Shown here in pieces: positions 12,701 through 26,535 of a DNA stretch of 64,000 nucleotides (position 1 is its first letter; each line of letters opens with the position of its first letter). Origin of the DNA: Podarcis vaucheri (lineage: Eukaryota); the NCBI GenBank assembly GCA_965113315.1, contig OZ220372.1, one strand, 5' to 3'. A program made the translations under genes and the position numbers. The notes under the pieces are model-generated. The model made no database searches and was not told the origin of the DNA. It saw nothing but the letters and a program-made list of their open reading frames with translations.

Positions 12701-14309
12701 ACAAAAATACTGGTAGCTTCTTGGCTAAAAGGAGGTACATTTACAGCATAACTCAACATATGTTGTTAACTCAGAACTAAGCCTCACAGTGGTGAAATCC
12801 TAAGTGCTATGTTTAGGATTGGAACCTTAGTCTTTAAAAAAGAAAAGGAAGAGAGATTTATTTTTATTGTGAGCGCAGTGGTGCCTAAAGAGTCAAAAAG
12901 AGTACTCACATCCATTTTAAGTATTTTATATAGAACACAATAGTTAAAAATAAAGTACTGAATTTCCATCTACTTAAAACCCTCTGGTTTGTATCCAATG
13001 GTACCAGTCAGATGACAAGGTTTCCTTCAGCACAATTGGGAGGGATGCCATTTTTGGCAATCTGTTCCGAAGTGCTGGGGGACTCCAGAGCAGAATACAG
13101 GGGTGAAGAGGGGAACACTGCTTTCCCCTCATTCTTCTGAATCAATCCTTACCACCAGCTGGGTGGCACAATTAGAAAAAAGCCCTTTGTAAATAGTGAA
13201 GCCCCAAACAATACACATTTCTAAACATACTTTGTAGGCGGTAGCTCCAGTTTTAATATAAGCTTCATTCTTTTTTCCTAGTTATTCACAAAGTTCAGCA
13301 TGCAGATATTTAGGCAAGAAAACCCAATAGCATGCAACATACAGAGGAGAGATCACCAATCTCTTTGGATCAGTGAGTGTATTTGGGATTTTGAGAGAGT
13401 GCCCTTGCCATCATGCTCTCTAATTGCTTCACAAACACCCCAAAGACAGAAAGAAAATGTGCTAGTGCATGCACATGCCCCTACACACAGACAGACAGAC
13501 ACACACAGCTTTTCCATGAGATAAGGGTAAAAATCAGATCCAGTAGAATAATAGAGTCCCCTAAATTTTCATGACTTTACATAAGAGTTGCCTCAGTACC
13601 ACCAGAAAATTAAAGCAAATATTGGATAGACTGAAGATTTAAAATCACTTCACAGATCCAGTGCTTCCCTCTCATTCTGTTGAATGAAGCTTTACAACCA
13701 GCTGAGTGACACAATTAGAAATAGCCTGTAGATCTGAAAGAAAATGGTGTGAACACACCACTCTTCCTTCAGCTCTACGCACTTTTTTAAGGGTGGGGGT
13801 GGCATGGCTACCTTATAATGAAGAGGAGGAGGTGAAAGGATTTGCAGCCACCAGAAGTCCTCAAGCTTGCCATTATGCCCATGTAGATGGAAAACTTCAC
13901 CACAATGAATACTCTAGAATACTCTGTTTTCCCAAAATGAATGAGTTAATGTCTTACGGCAGTTAAATATTTCCTTTGAAACCACAAATAGAGAATCCCT
14001 CTCAGCTTACAACGGTTACAACAGATTAAAGCACACCTTCTGCCAAGGCACTCATGTAACCGTACTTTTCATCAGCACACTTTTGTCCTGTATCTTTTTA
14101 TCTTGTGAACCGCCCCGATATCTTTGGATGAGAGACAGTATATAAATTTATTATAATAAAATAAATATACAGGCAACCCCAAAATAGTGTGGGGGTTACA
14201 TTCCAGGTCACCTTGCGCATCAGTGGAGCACGCATAATCTTTCCCTGCTTCCCCCTTATTTATTTACCTACTTTATTTATACTGCTGCCCCATAGCAGAA
14301 GTACTCTAG

Positions 14310-14520
14310 GAAGCCAGTGTGGTGTAGCGGTTAGAGTGTTGGACTAGGACCTGGGAAACCAGGGTTCAAATCCCCACTCAGTCATGAGCTCACTGAGTGA
14401 CCTTGGGCAAGTCACAGCCTCTGAACCTACTTCACAGGGTCGTTGTAGGAATTAAGTGAAGTGGGGGTAAACCATATATTTCTTGGAAGAAAAGTTGGGA
14501 TATAAATGCAATAAATAAGC
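14310..14520 (+). mobile_element. tRNA-derived SINE (MIR/CORE- or Squam3-like)
   Basis: A box tggtgtagcggttag, B box ggttcaaatccc, gtgaccttgggcaagtca core, and aataaataa tail. Confidence 0.78.
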
Positions 14521-14539
14521 TATTCTGCTTAAGAAAGAT

Positions 14540-15990
14540 GGAGGGGCCAGTCAGATGAAGATGTCAACTGCCAACCTGGCCTCTGGAGATCTCCACGTGG
14601 TCGCGATTAGACCCACACAAATTGCAAAACATGTCTGGTGCCTGGTTAGTTTTGAACACTGGGCACAGGCAGGCAGAATAGGTTCCGCAAGAATGGAGAG
14701 ATGCTATGCAACACCTAAGTACTACCAGTACTCTAGCACATGGGTAGTCCCGGGGGCTGGTTCGGGCCCAATCGCCTTCTCAATCTGGCCTGCGGACGGT
14801 CCGGGAATCAGCGTGTTTTTACATGAGTAGAATGTGTCCTTTTATTAAAAATGCATCTCTGGGTTATTTGTGGGGCCTGCCTGGTGTTTTCACATGAGTA
14901 GAATGTGTGCTTTTATTTAAAATGCATCTGAGTTATTTATGGCACATAGGAATTCGTTCATCCCCCCCCCAAAATAAAATATAGTCCGGCCCACCACATG
15001 CTCTGAGGGACGGTGGACCGGCCCACGGCTGAAAAAGGTTGCTGACCCCTGCTCTAGCATCTGCTTTCTGCACAAGCTACAATTTCTGGACCATCTTCAA
15101 GGGCAACCCTGCATAGCACACACTATAATAATTGAGACAGAAGGTTATCAGAGTGTTCTAAACTATCACCCATCTGTGTCGAAGAACAGCCAATAGCTAG
15201 AACTAGGCTCTCCTAGCCACAGAAACCACCTAAGCCTACAGTGCAGAGATGGATCCAGGAGAATCTCCAGACTATGAACTTGTTCTTTCAGGCGGAGTGC
15301 TACTCCATCTGTAGCAGGTCAAACACAAGAACTACCCAACAATGTCTCTGTCTTGTCCGAATTAAGCTTCTGTTCACTAGCTCTCATCCAAACCAATACT
15401 GCCGCTAAAAACCAGCTCAACATCAACATAACACTGAATATTATGTTAATAAAACTCAGTCCCAAACTCCCAGTGATTCCACCCAGTGGCCTGTAGATGT
15501 TAAATAGCACTGGGGACAGAATTGAACCCTGCAGCACAGTTGCCACAGATCCAAGCATGTCACTCTATGGTTCTATAAAAACAGCCCTGCAAGCAGGAAC
15601 AGAACCACTGTATCATCATGTCACCAACCCATACAGCTGCTCTAGATGTATACTATGGTTAATAGGATCAAATCTGCTAACAGATTAATGAGTGACCACA
15701 GGGAACCACTGATGTGTCTCTCCAAAAACACATCACCAACCACAACGACCAAAGCCATTTCAGTGCCAAACCAAGCCCTGAAGCTGTATTGAAACGGGTC
15801 AAGGAAATCTGTTTCATCAAAGTGTCTCCAAAGTGCCTGGCCACAACTCCCTCCAGTACCTTGTCCAAAGAGGAATACGGGCAACTGGGTGATAATTGCT
15901 CAAAACCTCAGGATCCAGGGAGCACCCCTTGAGGAGGTGAAGCACCACCACACATTTCAAAGTGGCTCGTAAAATGTGACTTTACCACTC
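14540..15990 (-). mobile_element. L2/CR1-group LINE reverse-transcriptase fragment, decayed
   Basis: Remnant peptides FLDPFQYSFRAWFGTEMALV, VLQGSILSPVLFNIY and KLNSDKTETLL. Confidence 0.8.
14739..15051. mobile_element. hAT-type MITE, family B
   Basis: Perfect 8-bp TSD CTCTAGCA; internal duplicated tttttacatgagtagaatgtgt unit; homologous to 30911-31220 and 62634-62957. Confidence 0.85.
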
Positions 15991-16576
15991 CCTGGACTAA
16001 CCTAATATTTCAGGCGCTATGCAAAACATGAGTGTATCTTTTCTACCACCAAAACTCTCTAAATGTAGTTTATGTGCAAGAGCATATTCTTACTTCAGTT
16101 ATTTCTCCCTTGAGAAATACTTTGTGATTCCCAATATTTTCACCTTGTGCTCAAGAAGGACATTCTCTTTATGAAAAATACACAGGAAAATTGTGAAAAG
16201 CTTTTCTATCCCTGTAATTATGTCCACTCTAGGTCAGTGAAAATTTTGTCTCATCTCTTTTCTCAATAGAAAAGAAATAATAATATCACAGGATTCAGTG
16301 ATGTCTTCTGTTATATTACATACATGCTAGATAGACTGCAAAGAGCTACTTTATGTGTAGTCAAGCATTTGGGACATACCCCACAGGACTTCTGACTTTC
16401 CTCATTGAGCAACAAACCTTTATATATCACCCAACACCAGCTGCTTTAGAAGCAACCCTCCATTTCTAAAGGTGTTCACTATGCAGAATGGGAAGCTGCT
16501 AAAGAAAAACAAGCTCAAAACCAACTTGCGCATACAGAACTAAATATATGATTCCTTGGATCATTAAATATCAATA

Positions 16577-16834
16577 CAGTGGTACCTCGGGTTACATACG
16601 CTTCAGGTTACATACGCTTCAGGTTACATACGCTTCAGGTTACAGACTCCGCTAACCCAGAAATAGTACCTCAGGTTAAGAACTTTGCTGCAGGATGACA
16701 ACAGAAATCATGCTCTGGAGGCGCAGCGGAAGCAGGAGGCCCCATTAGCTAAAGTGGTGCTTCAGGTTAGGAACAGTTTCAGGTTAAGAATGGACCTCCA
16801 GAACGAATTAAGTACTTAACCCGAGGTACCACTG
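16577..16834. mobile_element. Tc1/mariner-type MITE, family A (opposite orientation)
   Basis: Same TIRs and TA TSD; three tandem GGTTACATACGCTTCA subterminal units. Confidence 0.9.
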
Positions 16835-18004
16835 TAGTTCAATATCAATAGTACCTTGTGTAACAACACAATGAAAATGCAATCAAATGAATGAAAGATC
16901 CCATACATATGGCAGTGGCCCATTTCTGACTAGCTGATCACACCCATGTGAATTGGATTCCACAGTAATTTATTCTTTGCATAGTATTGTCACAACTATT
17001 GCTATCTCTTACACAGCCTGACCTCCTGGTCTCATTTTGAAAAGAAGAGAATGTTCCCTCTTCTTTTTACTCAGGTTGTGTATGTGTACTTAGGTGATGC
17101 ATATGACGAACTGCAGCTGCTGAACCTGGCTCTTACCTATACATGTACCACAAAACTCTTCACTGTTTTTGCTGCAATACTATCTCTCTTCAAAAGTGTC
17201 AGCAGGGATAATCATAGACATTCTCAAAAACAAAATATTTTAAGGTAAGAGTCTGATCCTGCTCCCAACCTGACATGCTAAGCCTTGCTTAGCTTTTTAA
17301 AAACAGCATTCCCTTAGAGCCCTAACTAGCAAAGAGCAAAAATATATATGATAGGATTTAATAACCCACTAAAAAACTTTATGTAAACAAATACAGACTT
17401 TGTTTCCCCAGGAAGACTTAGTGGACAAATTCTATTAGTCTCAAGCCATCAACATTAGGGTCAGGAAGGAATCTTACACTCCCAAACCAGAATGCTTGTA
17501 TTCCTTTAATGCAGCTGTCTTCAGACTTCAGTACCCAGATGTTGGACTACAACTCCCATCATCCCCAACCATCAGATAAGCAGGCTAGGGATTATGGTAG
17601 TTGCAGTTCAACATCATCTTGGGCACAAAGGTTGAAGAACCCTCCTGTTGCCTGCACTACTGTCAGGCAATTAACAGTGATGGATTGGGTCTGAATTCTT
17701 GAACATATCTTAATCCAAAAGGTTTGCTTTTTTCATGGGGAAGTAATCTCAGTGATCAAGAAACAACAAAACAGGTTGTCCTTTGCCATCAGAGTTATAT
17801 TAATGTTTCTTAAAATAACCTGGTTTAAAATAAAACCTAAATTTATATACAGGCAATAGTAAGGTCTACATGTATTAACTTAAAACAGAATAATGGCCAT
17901 CCAAACAGATTAGGCTAAAGGTGGATATCTGCCTGAGGTTGATTGACACCCTGACCTGGTTCTCATATCGCATTAAACTATATTTTATAGTTTATTACTA
18001 TGGT

Positions 18005-18066
18005 TGTTGTTGTTTAGTCGTTTAGTTGTTTCCGACTCTTCGTGACCCCATGGACCAGAACACACC
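18005..18066 (-). mobile_element. RTE-BovB-type 3' tail fragment
   Basis: gttgttgtttagtcgtttagttgtttccgactcttcgtgaccccatggaccag. A second fragment lies on + at ~35390-35431. Confidence 0.7.
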
Positions 18067-18779
18067 GTTATGAGTTATGAGAACAGCAGTTATGAGTGGC
18101 CTTCAAGTATACTATGGTATAATGTGCTAATAAATGTGGCTGGACTAATAAGCACTTCATTCCTCTCCCTGTCCAGATGGGGGAAAGGCTATGGTCTGGC
18201 TTCTCATGTTGGGCTCACTGTGTGGAGAAAACAATAAACCCTAAGCAGAAGCCAAATTTTGTTCTTTGTTTTACCACTCATGGTTTGTTTGGGGGGTTTC
18301 CAGTAGCAAGGGAGGAGGGCAGCACCTATTATTTCAGTATCATGCATTAGCAACTAAACCACAGGTTACTGGGTATATGCACATGCCTTACTCAGGCATG
18401 TTTCAGCTTTTGAACACTGCTGTAAACCAAATGCAAACCAATGGTTTAATTTATGTGCTGCATTTATTATACAAGTTTTCTACTAGATCCAGGCACACAT
18501 CATCAGCAGTTATGAGCGGCCTTCAAGTAAATGATCCTACTTAGTATTATTCCATGGACAGAATCAAACTGAAATCCATCTCTTCTTAGATATCTGAGTG
18601 GCAAAACAAGATGTATTTAATTGTTACAGTAGCCAGCTAGTATGTACAGTCTTATCAAATGTCTCTTGAATTTAAATATTGTGGTTCTGTGGGTCTGCTC
18701 TTGTTCTCAGGGAAAGAGAATACCACCTTTTAGTGTTAATGCTTCAACTACAAAGTAAGTTCTACTCAACACAACAAGA

Positions 18780-19120
18780 TAGCACAAAGTGCCTTTCTGG
18801 ATTAGGCCAGTATCTAGTCCAGCATCCTTTTTTCAAAGTGGCCAACCAGATGTCCAGTGGAATCCCACAAGCATAACCAGAGTGCAACACCACTCTTCCC
18901 ACTGGTGATTCCCAGCAACAGGCATTCGGAGGTATACTGCCTCAGACAGTGGAAGAAAAACATAGATATTGTGGCTAGTAGTAGCCAACAGCCTTATTCA
19001 CCACAATTATCTGATCCTCTTTCAAAGCGCTCAAAGTTGGTGGTCATCACTACCTCCTGTAGGAGCGAAATCCACAGACTGTATTAAAATATTATGTGCT
19101 GTGTGAAGAAGTACTTTCTC
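18780..19120 (-). mobile_element. CR1 3'-UTR fragment
   Basis: Reverse-orientation similarity to the CR1 3' region at 8700-9030. Confidence 0.6.
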
Positions 19121-19278
19121 AGACTTTAACATTTCCATTTATGTTCTTTTATTAACTTCTCTAAAGGGCCATGTATGTTACAGCTGCTTAGGGATGGGGT
19201 GCTACTGCAACAGTTGCAGCTCCCTACTGGAATGTTTTGATGTTCCACTTTTGAATCCATGTATTTTCTTTCAGGATA

Positions 19279-19520
19279 CAGTGGTACCTCGGGTTAAGAA
19301 CTTAATTCGTTCTGGAGGTCCGTTCTTAACCTGAAACTGTTCTTAACCTGAAGCACCACGTTAGCTAATGGGGTCTCCTGCTGCGGCTGCGCTGCTGCTG
19401 TGCGATTTCTGTTCTCATCCTGAAGCAAAGTTCTTAACCTGAGGTACTATTTCTGGGTTAGCGGAGTCTGTAACCTGAAGCGCCTGTAACCTGAGGCGTC
19501 TGCAACCCAATGTACCACTG
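19279..19520. mobile_element. Tc1/mariner-type MITE, family A
   Basis: CAGTGGTAC...GTACCACTG with TA TSD. Confidence 0.9.
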
Positions 19521-20635
19521 TACATGCAAAGACAATATATTTTCCTTGCAATTTGGTGGTCAGCTACATTCAAGACATGAATCAAGTACTTCTTAAGAAC
19601 TGGGACAACAACTAAAATGGAAGAGTGTTATTTGGCCATTGATCTTTCTTCTACTCTTCCAAAACAAGAAATAGAGGATTGACAAGAACTTTATTCATCC
19701 AGCAAGATCAGACAATTTGCGATCCAATAAACATAGTCCCCATTTAAACCTTTCAGGTCCTTTGTAGTAAAGGTATTTATCAGTGTTTCTTCCAGAGTCT
19801 AGCATCTAATCATTGAGCTGTACCTTAGAACATCTTCTTTCCATTCAGTTTTTTGGGGGTATAATTTTTCTAACACTGGGAAGCAGTTTTCCTGAGAAAG
19901 TAATTTAAAAATTAATTTCAATATACGAAACATTTACAAGGAAAAAAAGCAAGTAGTTGTTTATTTGTTACAGCTTGAATAGCATTCCAAAACAAGATCA
20001 CTGGAAATATATTGTGTGTTAATTCAGGGTAAGCACTGTACAATATGCATTAAACATAAAAGTGCATATTAGTCTTAAAAAGCAGCAAGTGTATGATCAA
20101 TTAAAATTACAGGGACTAATAACATGCATATCAAGAACATAATATCATTATAGTTTTCCCACTGAAAGTTATTGGTTTATTCTAAAATAATAAAAAAACT
20201 ATTACTTATTTGTTAATCTTATGCCTGCATGAGCGATATGTAGAGGCGCTACTTCTCTCAAAGGAGAAAGTTAAGTATTCACTGCATCCTGCCAGTTAGG
20301 AAGTTAGTTTCGTCAACATGTCCCAACAGCTTTTCTATTTGAACCATTGCACAGCAGAGGATGTAAGCTCAATGTCTATTCTTGTTTCCAGGGAAACACT
20401 AGACCAAACACATCTTGACTAGCGCTTGCTTCTGCATAACCAAGCAAGAAAGGAAGGTCCCTATTGTTTGTTCCTTCACATAGATTTATATGGATTTGTT
20501 TCAAAAGCTAATATAACACATCTTTTCCAAAGAAAGTGAACAAAACAATAACCCTAAAAAATCTCAGCTTATTAATTCCACTCATTTAATCCATGCTCTA
20601 ATTTTCACATTAGACTACTGTAATATACTCTGCAT

Positions 20636-20858
20636 CAGAGCTTTCCAAACTTTTCATTCTGGTGATACACTTTTAAGACATGCATCATTTTGCAACGCAG
20701 TAATTCAGATTTACTAGCAAACCAAAGGTTAAATAAACTCCTTCTCAGCCCCAAGAGAAGCGTGGAAAGCATTTATACAACACACCTACACACTGCAGCC
20801 AAAACACCAACCTGTTGCGATACACAAATAATGTCACAACACAGTTTGGAAAGCTCTG
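20636..20858. mobile_element. hAT-like MITE
   Basis: TIR CAGAGCTTTCCAAACT / AGTTTGGAAAGCTCTG; degenerate 8-bp TSD ctctgcat/cgctacat. Confidence 0.75.
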
Positions 20859-23704
20859 CGCTACATGAAGCTGCCTTTCAAAATTGTTTTAAAACTGCAA
20901 TTAGTTGTGAGTGCAGCAGCTAGATTACCAAATAGGACTGGGCATAATGAGTATAGAAAGTGAGATCTCCAACAAAATGTTCTAGCCCCTCTATTCTTCC
21001 TCTCACCCAGTTTTCTGCCCTCTTAAAAAAAAAAATCTAGCTTGCATTTGATAGCCATTAAACAACCTCCTCATGAGCCAAGTTTGATAGGTAGGCAAAA
21101 CTGTCAAACACCAGACATCACAATGGCCTGTGTATGGGGTGCTTTAAACCTCCAATAACCAGCTGACTGTCAGTGCTTACAGGAGTTCAAAGCAGCACTT
21201 TAAAGCCTTATCACCTGATTGTGAGGGCAACAAAATGCTTGTTAAGGTCCCTGACAGCTCTAATGATCAGCTGCTAATCAATGCTTGCAGACAAGCCTGC
21301 ACAGTGCTTTGAAGCTGTACCTTCAAGTGTTACTCTGCAAGCCAAGACAATGGGAGCCCTTTCCAGTGTCCAACTATCAGCTGATAATCTGGGCTTCAAA
21401 ACATCAGCAATCAACAGATCACTGAACTAGCAAAGAGGTCACATGGCATTATGCACAGCATTTTGCAGATGCTATCAGTGGTGCCTGCAAACCCATTTTA
21501 CAAAAACAAGACTTTTCCTGCTCCACATCTGACATCATAAATGGAATCAAGTACAGGGCAGGTAGCTGTGGCTTGGCCCAAAATAGCCTCATGGGCCAAA
21601 TAAGGAGGGCTGGTTGGCTTAATTAGTTCCCCACTGCTGATCTTGAATTAGTTGTTTACAGCTTATGACCATGGTACTTAAAGGGCTGTCTGTCTGTGTC
21701 ACTTGTACATTAAGATCTTTCTACTAGGTGCCTTTTGTCTTTTGTAGCTGGCTACCGAGGAAAGGGTCTTCTCTGTGATAGTGCTCCAATTATGAAATAT
21801 GCTCCCTTGGCATTTCATCTGCTTTGTTGTCATTTTACAGCCTGCCAAAGAATTCCCCACTTTTTAAATTTAAAAACTATTAGCAGGGATTATCTGATAA
21901 AATATTACTGTTCCCTCCCTTTACACTCTCCATCCCCACCCCACCCTGACTGAGAAGAATTTGCCTCAAGGCCAACAAATTGCATTTATTTCAAAACTGT
22001 CAGTTTCTGAAGTTGACTTATTTAACAAAGGATAATTTTATGTATAAAAATAGTTCTGTGTCAGTACAACACAAGAAGCTTCAGTTAACCAAAAGCTCAA
22101 GCTTCTGAACACCTCCTCAGCCCTGCAGTGAGAGGGGTGACATGTGATAGACTATGTTGACTGCTATTAGTTAGCTTTGTTATTCTAATCTAGAATGCAT
22201 TTCCTACTGATGTTATCTGTTTGTAAGCCACTTTAAGGATCTTCTTTGCTAAATTGCAAGTTAAAAATCGCCAGACTAAATGCATTCACTACATCTTAGC
22301 TGGAAATGCTTATGGCCACAATTTCCGAAAGCAACATAATCTTTCTACTCATCACCACAGTCATTTTGCAATTTGTAAATAAACATGGTAGGGCTCTTTA
22401 AAGGCACTGAAGGAAGTGTACTTTAGCTAACAGACAGGATAGTTAAGTCCCTGACTATTCTATGAAATGGTCATCTAATCTGCAGAGATAAAGCAGACAG
22501 ACAGACAGAGGTCACAAGCAGTTTAATATAGCAGGTCGACCCTTTCCTGCAATATTAACCCTATAATCTGCTATGAAGATTAATGTGTGAGCTGGCATAG
22601 GAGATTTCCTGCACCCATTTGCATGTGCCCTATTTGTAAGAACTTTGTACATTTCAAAACAGAAAGCACCAAGTAAATTCCTTATTATTTCACAGAAAGA
22701 TTTATTAGAAGACTGATGTACTCATGTGTACCCCACATGCAGGGCATAGCAGTATTGACAGAGAGCCAGGGCCATGCTTTTGGCCCTGCACATATTACCA
22801 CTCCATTCTGAAAAAAAATATTATTCTCTTGACAAGAGTAGCAGACTCAATCTGGAAAACAAGGGAAAGAGGACTTGATTATCAAAGCAATGTTTCATGC
22901 CTTAAACAGAGCAGCAACATGACATCCATGAATAAGGAGACTATACCAGGAGAGGGTATAGGGTACCGGTATTTATGAATATGGCAGCAGCATATCTTAA
23001 AGATGCCTATTAAGTCCCATTTGAGAATGAGGATTGATTCTACTATCGCCTCCTTAGCAACCACCCATGCAGGTAGAGCAGTGGGACTAGGAGGAGGATA
23101 GGATAGAATTTCAATGGTTGCTATTAAGAACATTTGAAACCACACCCCTCTCATCGCTGAGCTTGAGAACAACTATTCAATGAAAGAGAAAGCATATGTA
23201 AGTTATTTTTAACTATAGCAATTGAACAATGGAAAAAGGTTCCCTCATACTGTTGGATTTACAGTTCACCCAAGGTTGCCTTAGTCTGGTTTAGTCATAG
23301 GAGTGAAAAAGAAGCAATTCTAAAAAAATCCAGAAAGCAGCATTTTAAAAAATGAAGAGCAGAAAAATTTCAGAATTCATAAAAAAGTATCCCAAAGCTT
23401 TAAACAAATTTAGAATCTGACCTGGAATATTTATTTGCCTTATGTTTAGTGAACAAAAGGTACGTAGCAATTTTTATGCTCTATAAACATCTAACATGTT
23501 TTCTTAGTCAAAAGTAGTCAAGACTGTAAAATATGATGAAACTGCCATTGGATCTTTGGATCAAGGGGGATATACAAATTTAACAACAGTAGCAACAACA
23601 ACTCCTCACACTTAATGTAGTTTTGGCCACAATCTTGCAGCACACCTCAAAATAAGTTTTACCTGAGCTCAACGGGATTTCCTGCTTAGTAAGACTGCAT
23701 GCAT

Positions 23705-23996
23705 CCCCGCGGCGGGGTGAGCTCCCATCTTTCGGTCCCAGCTCCTGCCCACCTAGCAGTTCGAAAGCACCTCCGGGTGCAAGTAGATAAATAGGGACCA
23801 CTTTATAGCGGGAAGGTAAACGGCGTTTCCGTGTGCTGCGCTGGTGCTGGCTCGCCAGAGCAGCTTCATCACGCTGGCCACGTGACCTGGAAGTGTCTCC
23901 AGACAGCGCTGGCCCCCGGCCTATAGAGTGAGATGGGTGCACAACCCTAGAGTCGGACACGACTGGCCCATACCGGCAGGGGTACCTTTACCTTTT
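23705..23996 (+). mobile_element. Sauria SINE, 5'-truncated
   Basis: ACCTTT tail; 15-bp TSD TAAGACTGCATGCAT at 23690-23704 and 23997-24011. Confidence 0.92.
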
Positions 23997-25810
23997 TAAG
24001 ACTGCATGCATAGAATTACACTCATAGTCTGACCAATTCACTCTTACATTGAAGGATAGAGTGGTAGGAAAAAGTGGCTTTTGCTACCCAAACACCTGAT
24101 TCACCCAGCCAACATAGGAACAATTTTTTTAATTTTGTTTTATTTTGCTGGTGGTAAACCAGGGGGTCTGCAGGGTAACTCAACAGTAAAAGATGTGTCT
24201 TTTGATATGTTCCACCCCACCAAACACCTGATTCACGCAGCAGCGCAGCGGCGGTGTGGGTGTGGAGATGTGTCTTTTGCTACTGTGTTGCTGGGCAAAT
24301 AAGGGATTTGGTGGGGGTAGCACTACAGAAAAAGTTGCATGTCTTTTGCTGCTGCTGTGCCTGGCAGACCAGCTGACTGCAACCAGTGGAGATGCTAGGT
24401 GCCAGGGGTGGCACCTGGACACCTGCATCCAGACACAAAAGGCTGGTTACCAGTTGCAAAATGTGACTGGCAACTGGCTAATTTCCAACGCTGCTAGGAG
24501 CTTGGAGGACAGTGCTTGTACGCCAAGCAGGGAAAGCGCCTAGACACAATACATGTGCCCATACATCTAAAATAGGTCACAATAGGACCATAGCAAGTTG
24601 CAAAATGTGCCTAGTCCTTAGGGAGTATTTAATGCTGCAGGGAAAGTAGCAATAAATTGCTCTATAGAAACATCATCATTTAGTAGAAATAGAAGGCACA
24701 GACTAGATTATGAAATGTCAGGGATAGGAAGATTTTAAAGCCATGATAGTAAAGGACAAAACCAAGAGATCTGGTGTACTCTGAAAAGCAGTAGTTGTGG
24801 AGAATCCACACACCTTTGTTCTTCCAAATTTTTGTGTCAAAGAGCATGATGCCAGTCATGAAAAGGTAACAGAGCATTTTCACTATTTAGCACATAAAGC
24901 TAAATCCAGTTCACCTTCAATTATGTACTCTCAATGGAACAGCCATCAGAGCAAAAAGAAAAAGAAAAGCCAATTCTCCCAAGGATGATCGTTTAATGGT
25001 TATTAACCAACTCTTCCAACAGGATTCATGGTATTACTCAATATAGCACCAAAACACACACCAGTTTATATTTCAATTGCTTAATGTTGACTACTTCCCA
25101 TTATACATTTCTATAGGGTACATTCCAGTGGGAGTACAGAATGAAGTTTCCAATTTCGTATCCTTTTTCATGTTGGAAAGTTGCATCCAATCAACCCAGC
25201 TGAAAACGAGGAGATGAACTAATAGGATGAGGGGAAGTCAAAGACCAATGAATACATTGTCTGCTATAAATAAAGATGAAATAAAAAAATTCCTTCCAGT
25301 AGCACCTTAAAGACCAACTAAGTTAGTTAAGTAAAGTTAGTTAAGTAATTAAATAAAGATGGACAGTTTTAATTGATACTAAACTTTAAAATGCATTTAA
25401 GTTTAAAAATAAACCAGGTGTGCAATGAAATCTCAATTCAATATAAAGCAAAACATGTTAAAGCCTATACACTGATTAAGATCTAAATTCTGCTCTCTGA
25501 CAAAACATAATAAAATACTTCTGTGGTTTAGTAAACCTCTCTCTCTCATTACATATGAACCAGGAAACTGTATTTTAAACTTGGACTTCAAACCAAGCTC
25601 TAAAACCAGACCCCATTTGTAGTTCAAGATTAATTCAGGTTCCCAGTTCCTAAGCAATGGGAAAGTATGGCTTAACTAACCCCAAAGTCCTATTACAGAT
25701 CACAAAGCAAAGGCAGGAGAATGTGGGCACATTTGTCCACAGTCTAATAACACAAGGATTGGGGCTATAGCCTCTTAAAACTCAGTTAGAGGTTGCTTTA
25801 CACTATAGGC

Positions 25811-26478
25811 CAATGGTTTTCAACCAGTGTGCCGTGGCACTCTGGGGTGCCTTGAATGATGGTCAGCAGTGTTAGAAGCTGGGATAGAACAGCTAGGAGC
25901 CAAATGACTTCTGGGACCTGGGTTGTGGGCGCCAAAACAGAATGTCTAGTCACCACGGGAGGGGAGGGGAGAGGAGGCAACACTTTTTATTTATTATTTT
26001 GATAAGCATGAATTAATGGCACCCAGACTTTCTGAGGTGCTTGGAGAATCTTTAAGTGCAAAAATGTGCCTGGCGCCCTGCTAATTTTGAATCCTGATGG
26101 TTAGAGGTGCTGCGGGCAACACTGGCCACTGTCCCTCTTTCCTTACCTCCCTCCTCTGATGCCCGCTTGCGTCTCTGCCTCCAAAGGCTTGCACAGCTGT
26201 TTATTGCAGCAGTCCTGGCCATAACCTCCACAGGTGAATGGTGCGGCTAGGAGGCATCTCTCTTTGAGGCGGGGGGGGGGGGGCAGCTCCGAGACCAGGG
26301 CAGCAGCAGTGGCTGCCCAGAGGACTCCCAAGGAGAGGGGAGAGGAGGCTGGGGGAACACTCCACAAGGGAGTAGGTTCAAAAAAAAGGGTGAGAGACTG
26401 CCAGCTTTGCAGGCAAGCGGTGACATAACTGGGCTCCACAGAAAGATGTAGTTGGTTAAGGGAGCCGTGGACTCAAAA
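25811..26478. mobile_element. hAT-like non-autonomous element, family C, carrying a nested insertion
   Basis: Reverse-orientation homolog of 58806-59408. Nested element 25867-26096 is flanked by atggtcag/atggttag. Confidence 0.7.
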
Positions 26479-26535
26479 ATGAGCGCGCAACCCCAGAGTC
26501 GGCCACAACTGGACCTAATGGTCAGGGGTCCTTTA
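26479..26535 (+). mobile_element. Sauria SINE 3' fragment
   Basis: gcaaccccagagtcggccacaactggacctaatggtcaggggtccttta. Confidence 0.8.

Noticed and set aside
16589-16645. Three 16-bp tandem units, superficially array-like
   Set aside because: MITE subterminal repeats with no spacers; eukaryotic DNA, not CRISPR.
19824-19891. Exon-like minus-strand segment (ENCFPVLEKLYPQKTEWKEDVL) with AG/GT ends
   Set aside because: Weak donor (gtacag), no recognisable TNRC6B homology, and an early stop in the required phase.
22882-23172. 96-aa minus-strand ORF
   Set aside because: No true ATG start, splice support or recognisable homology.
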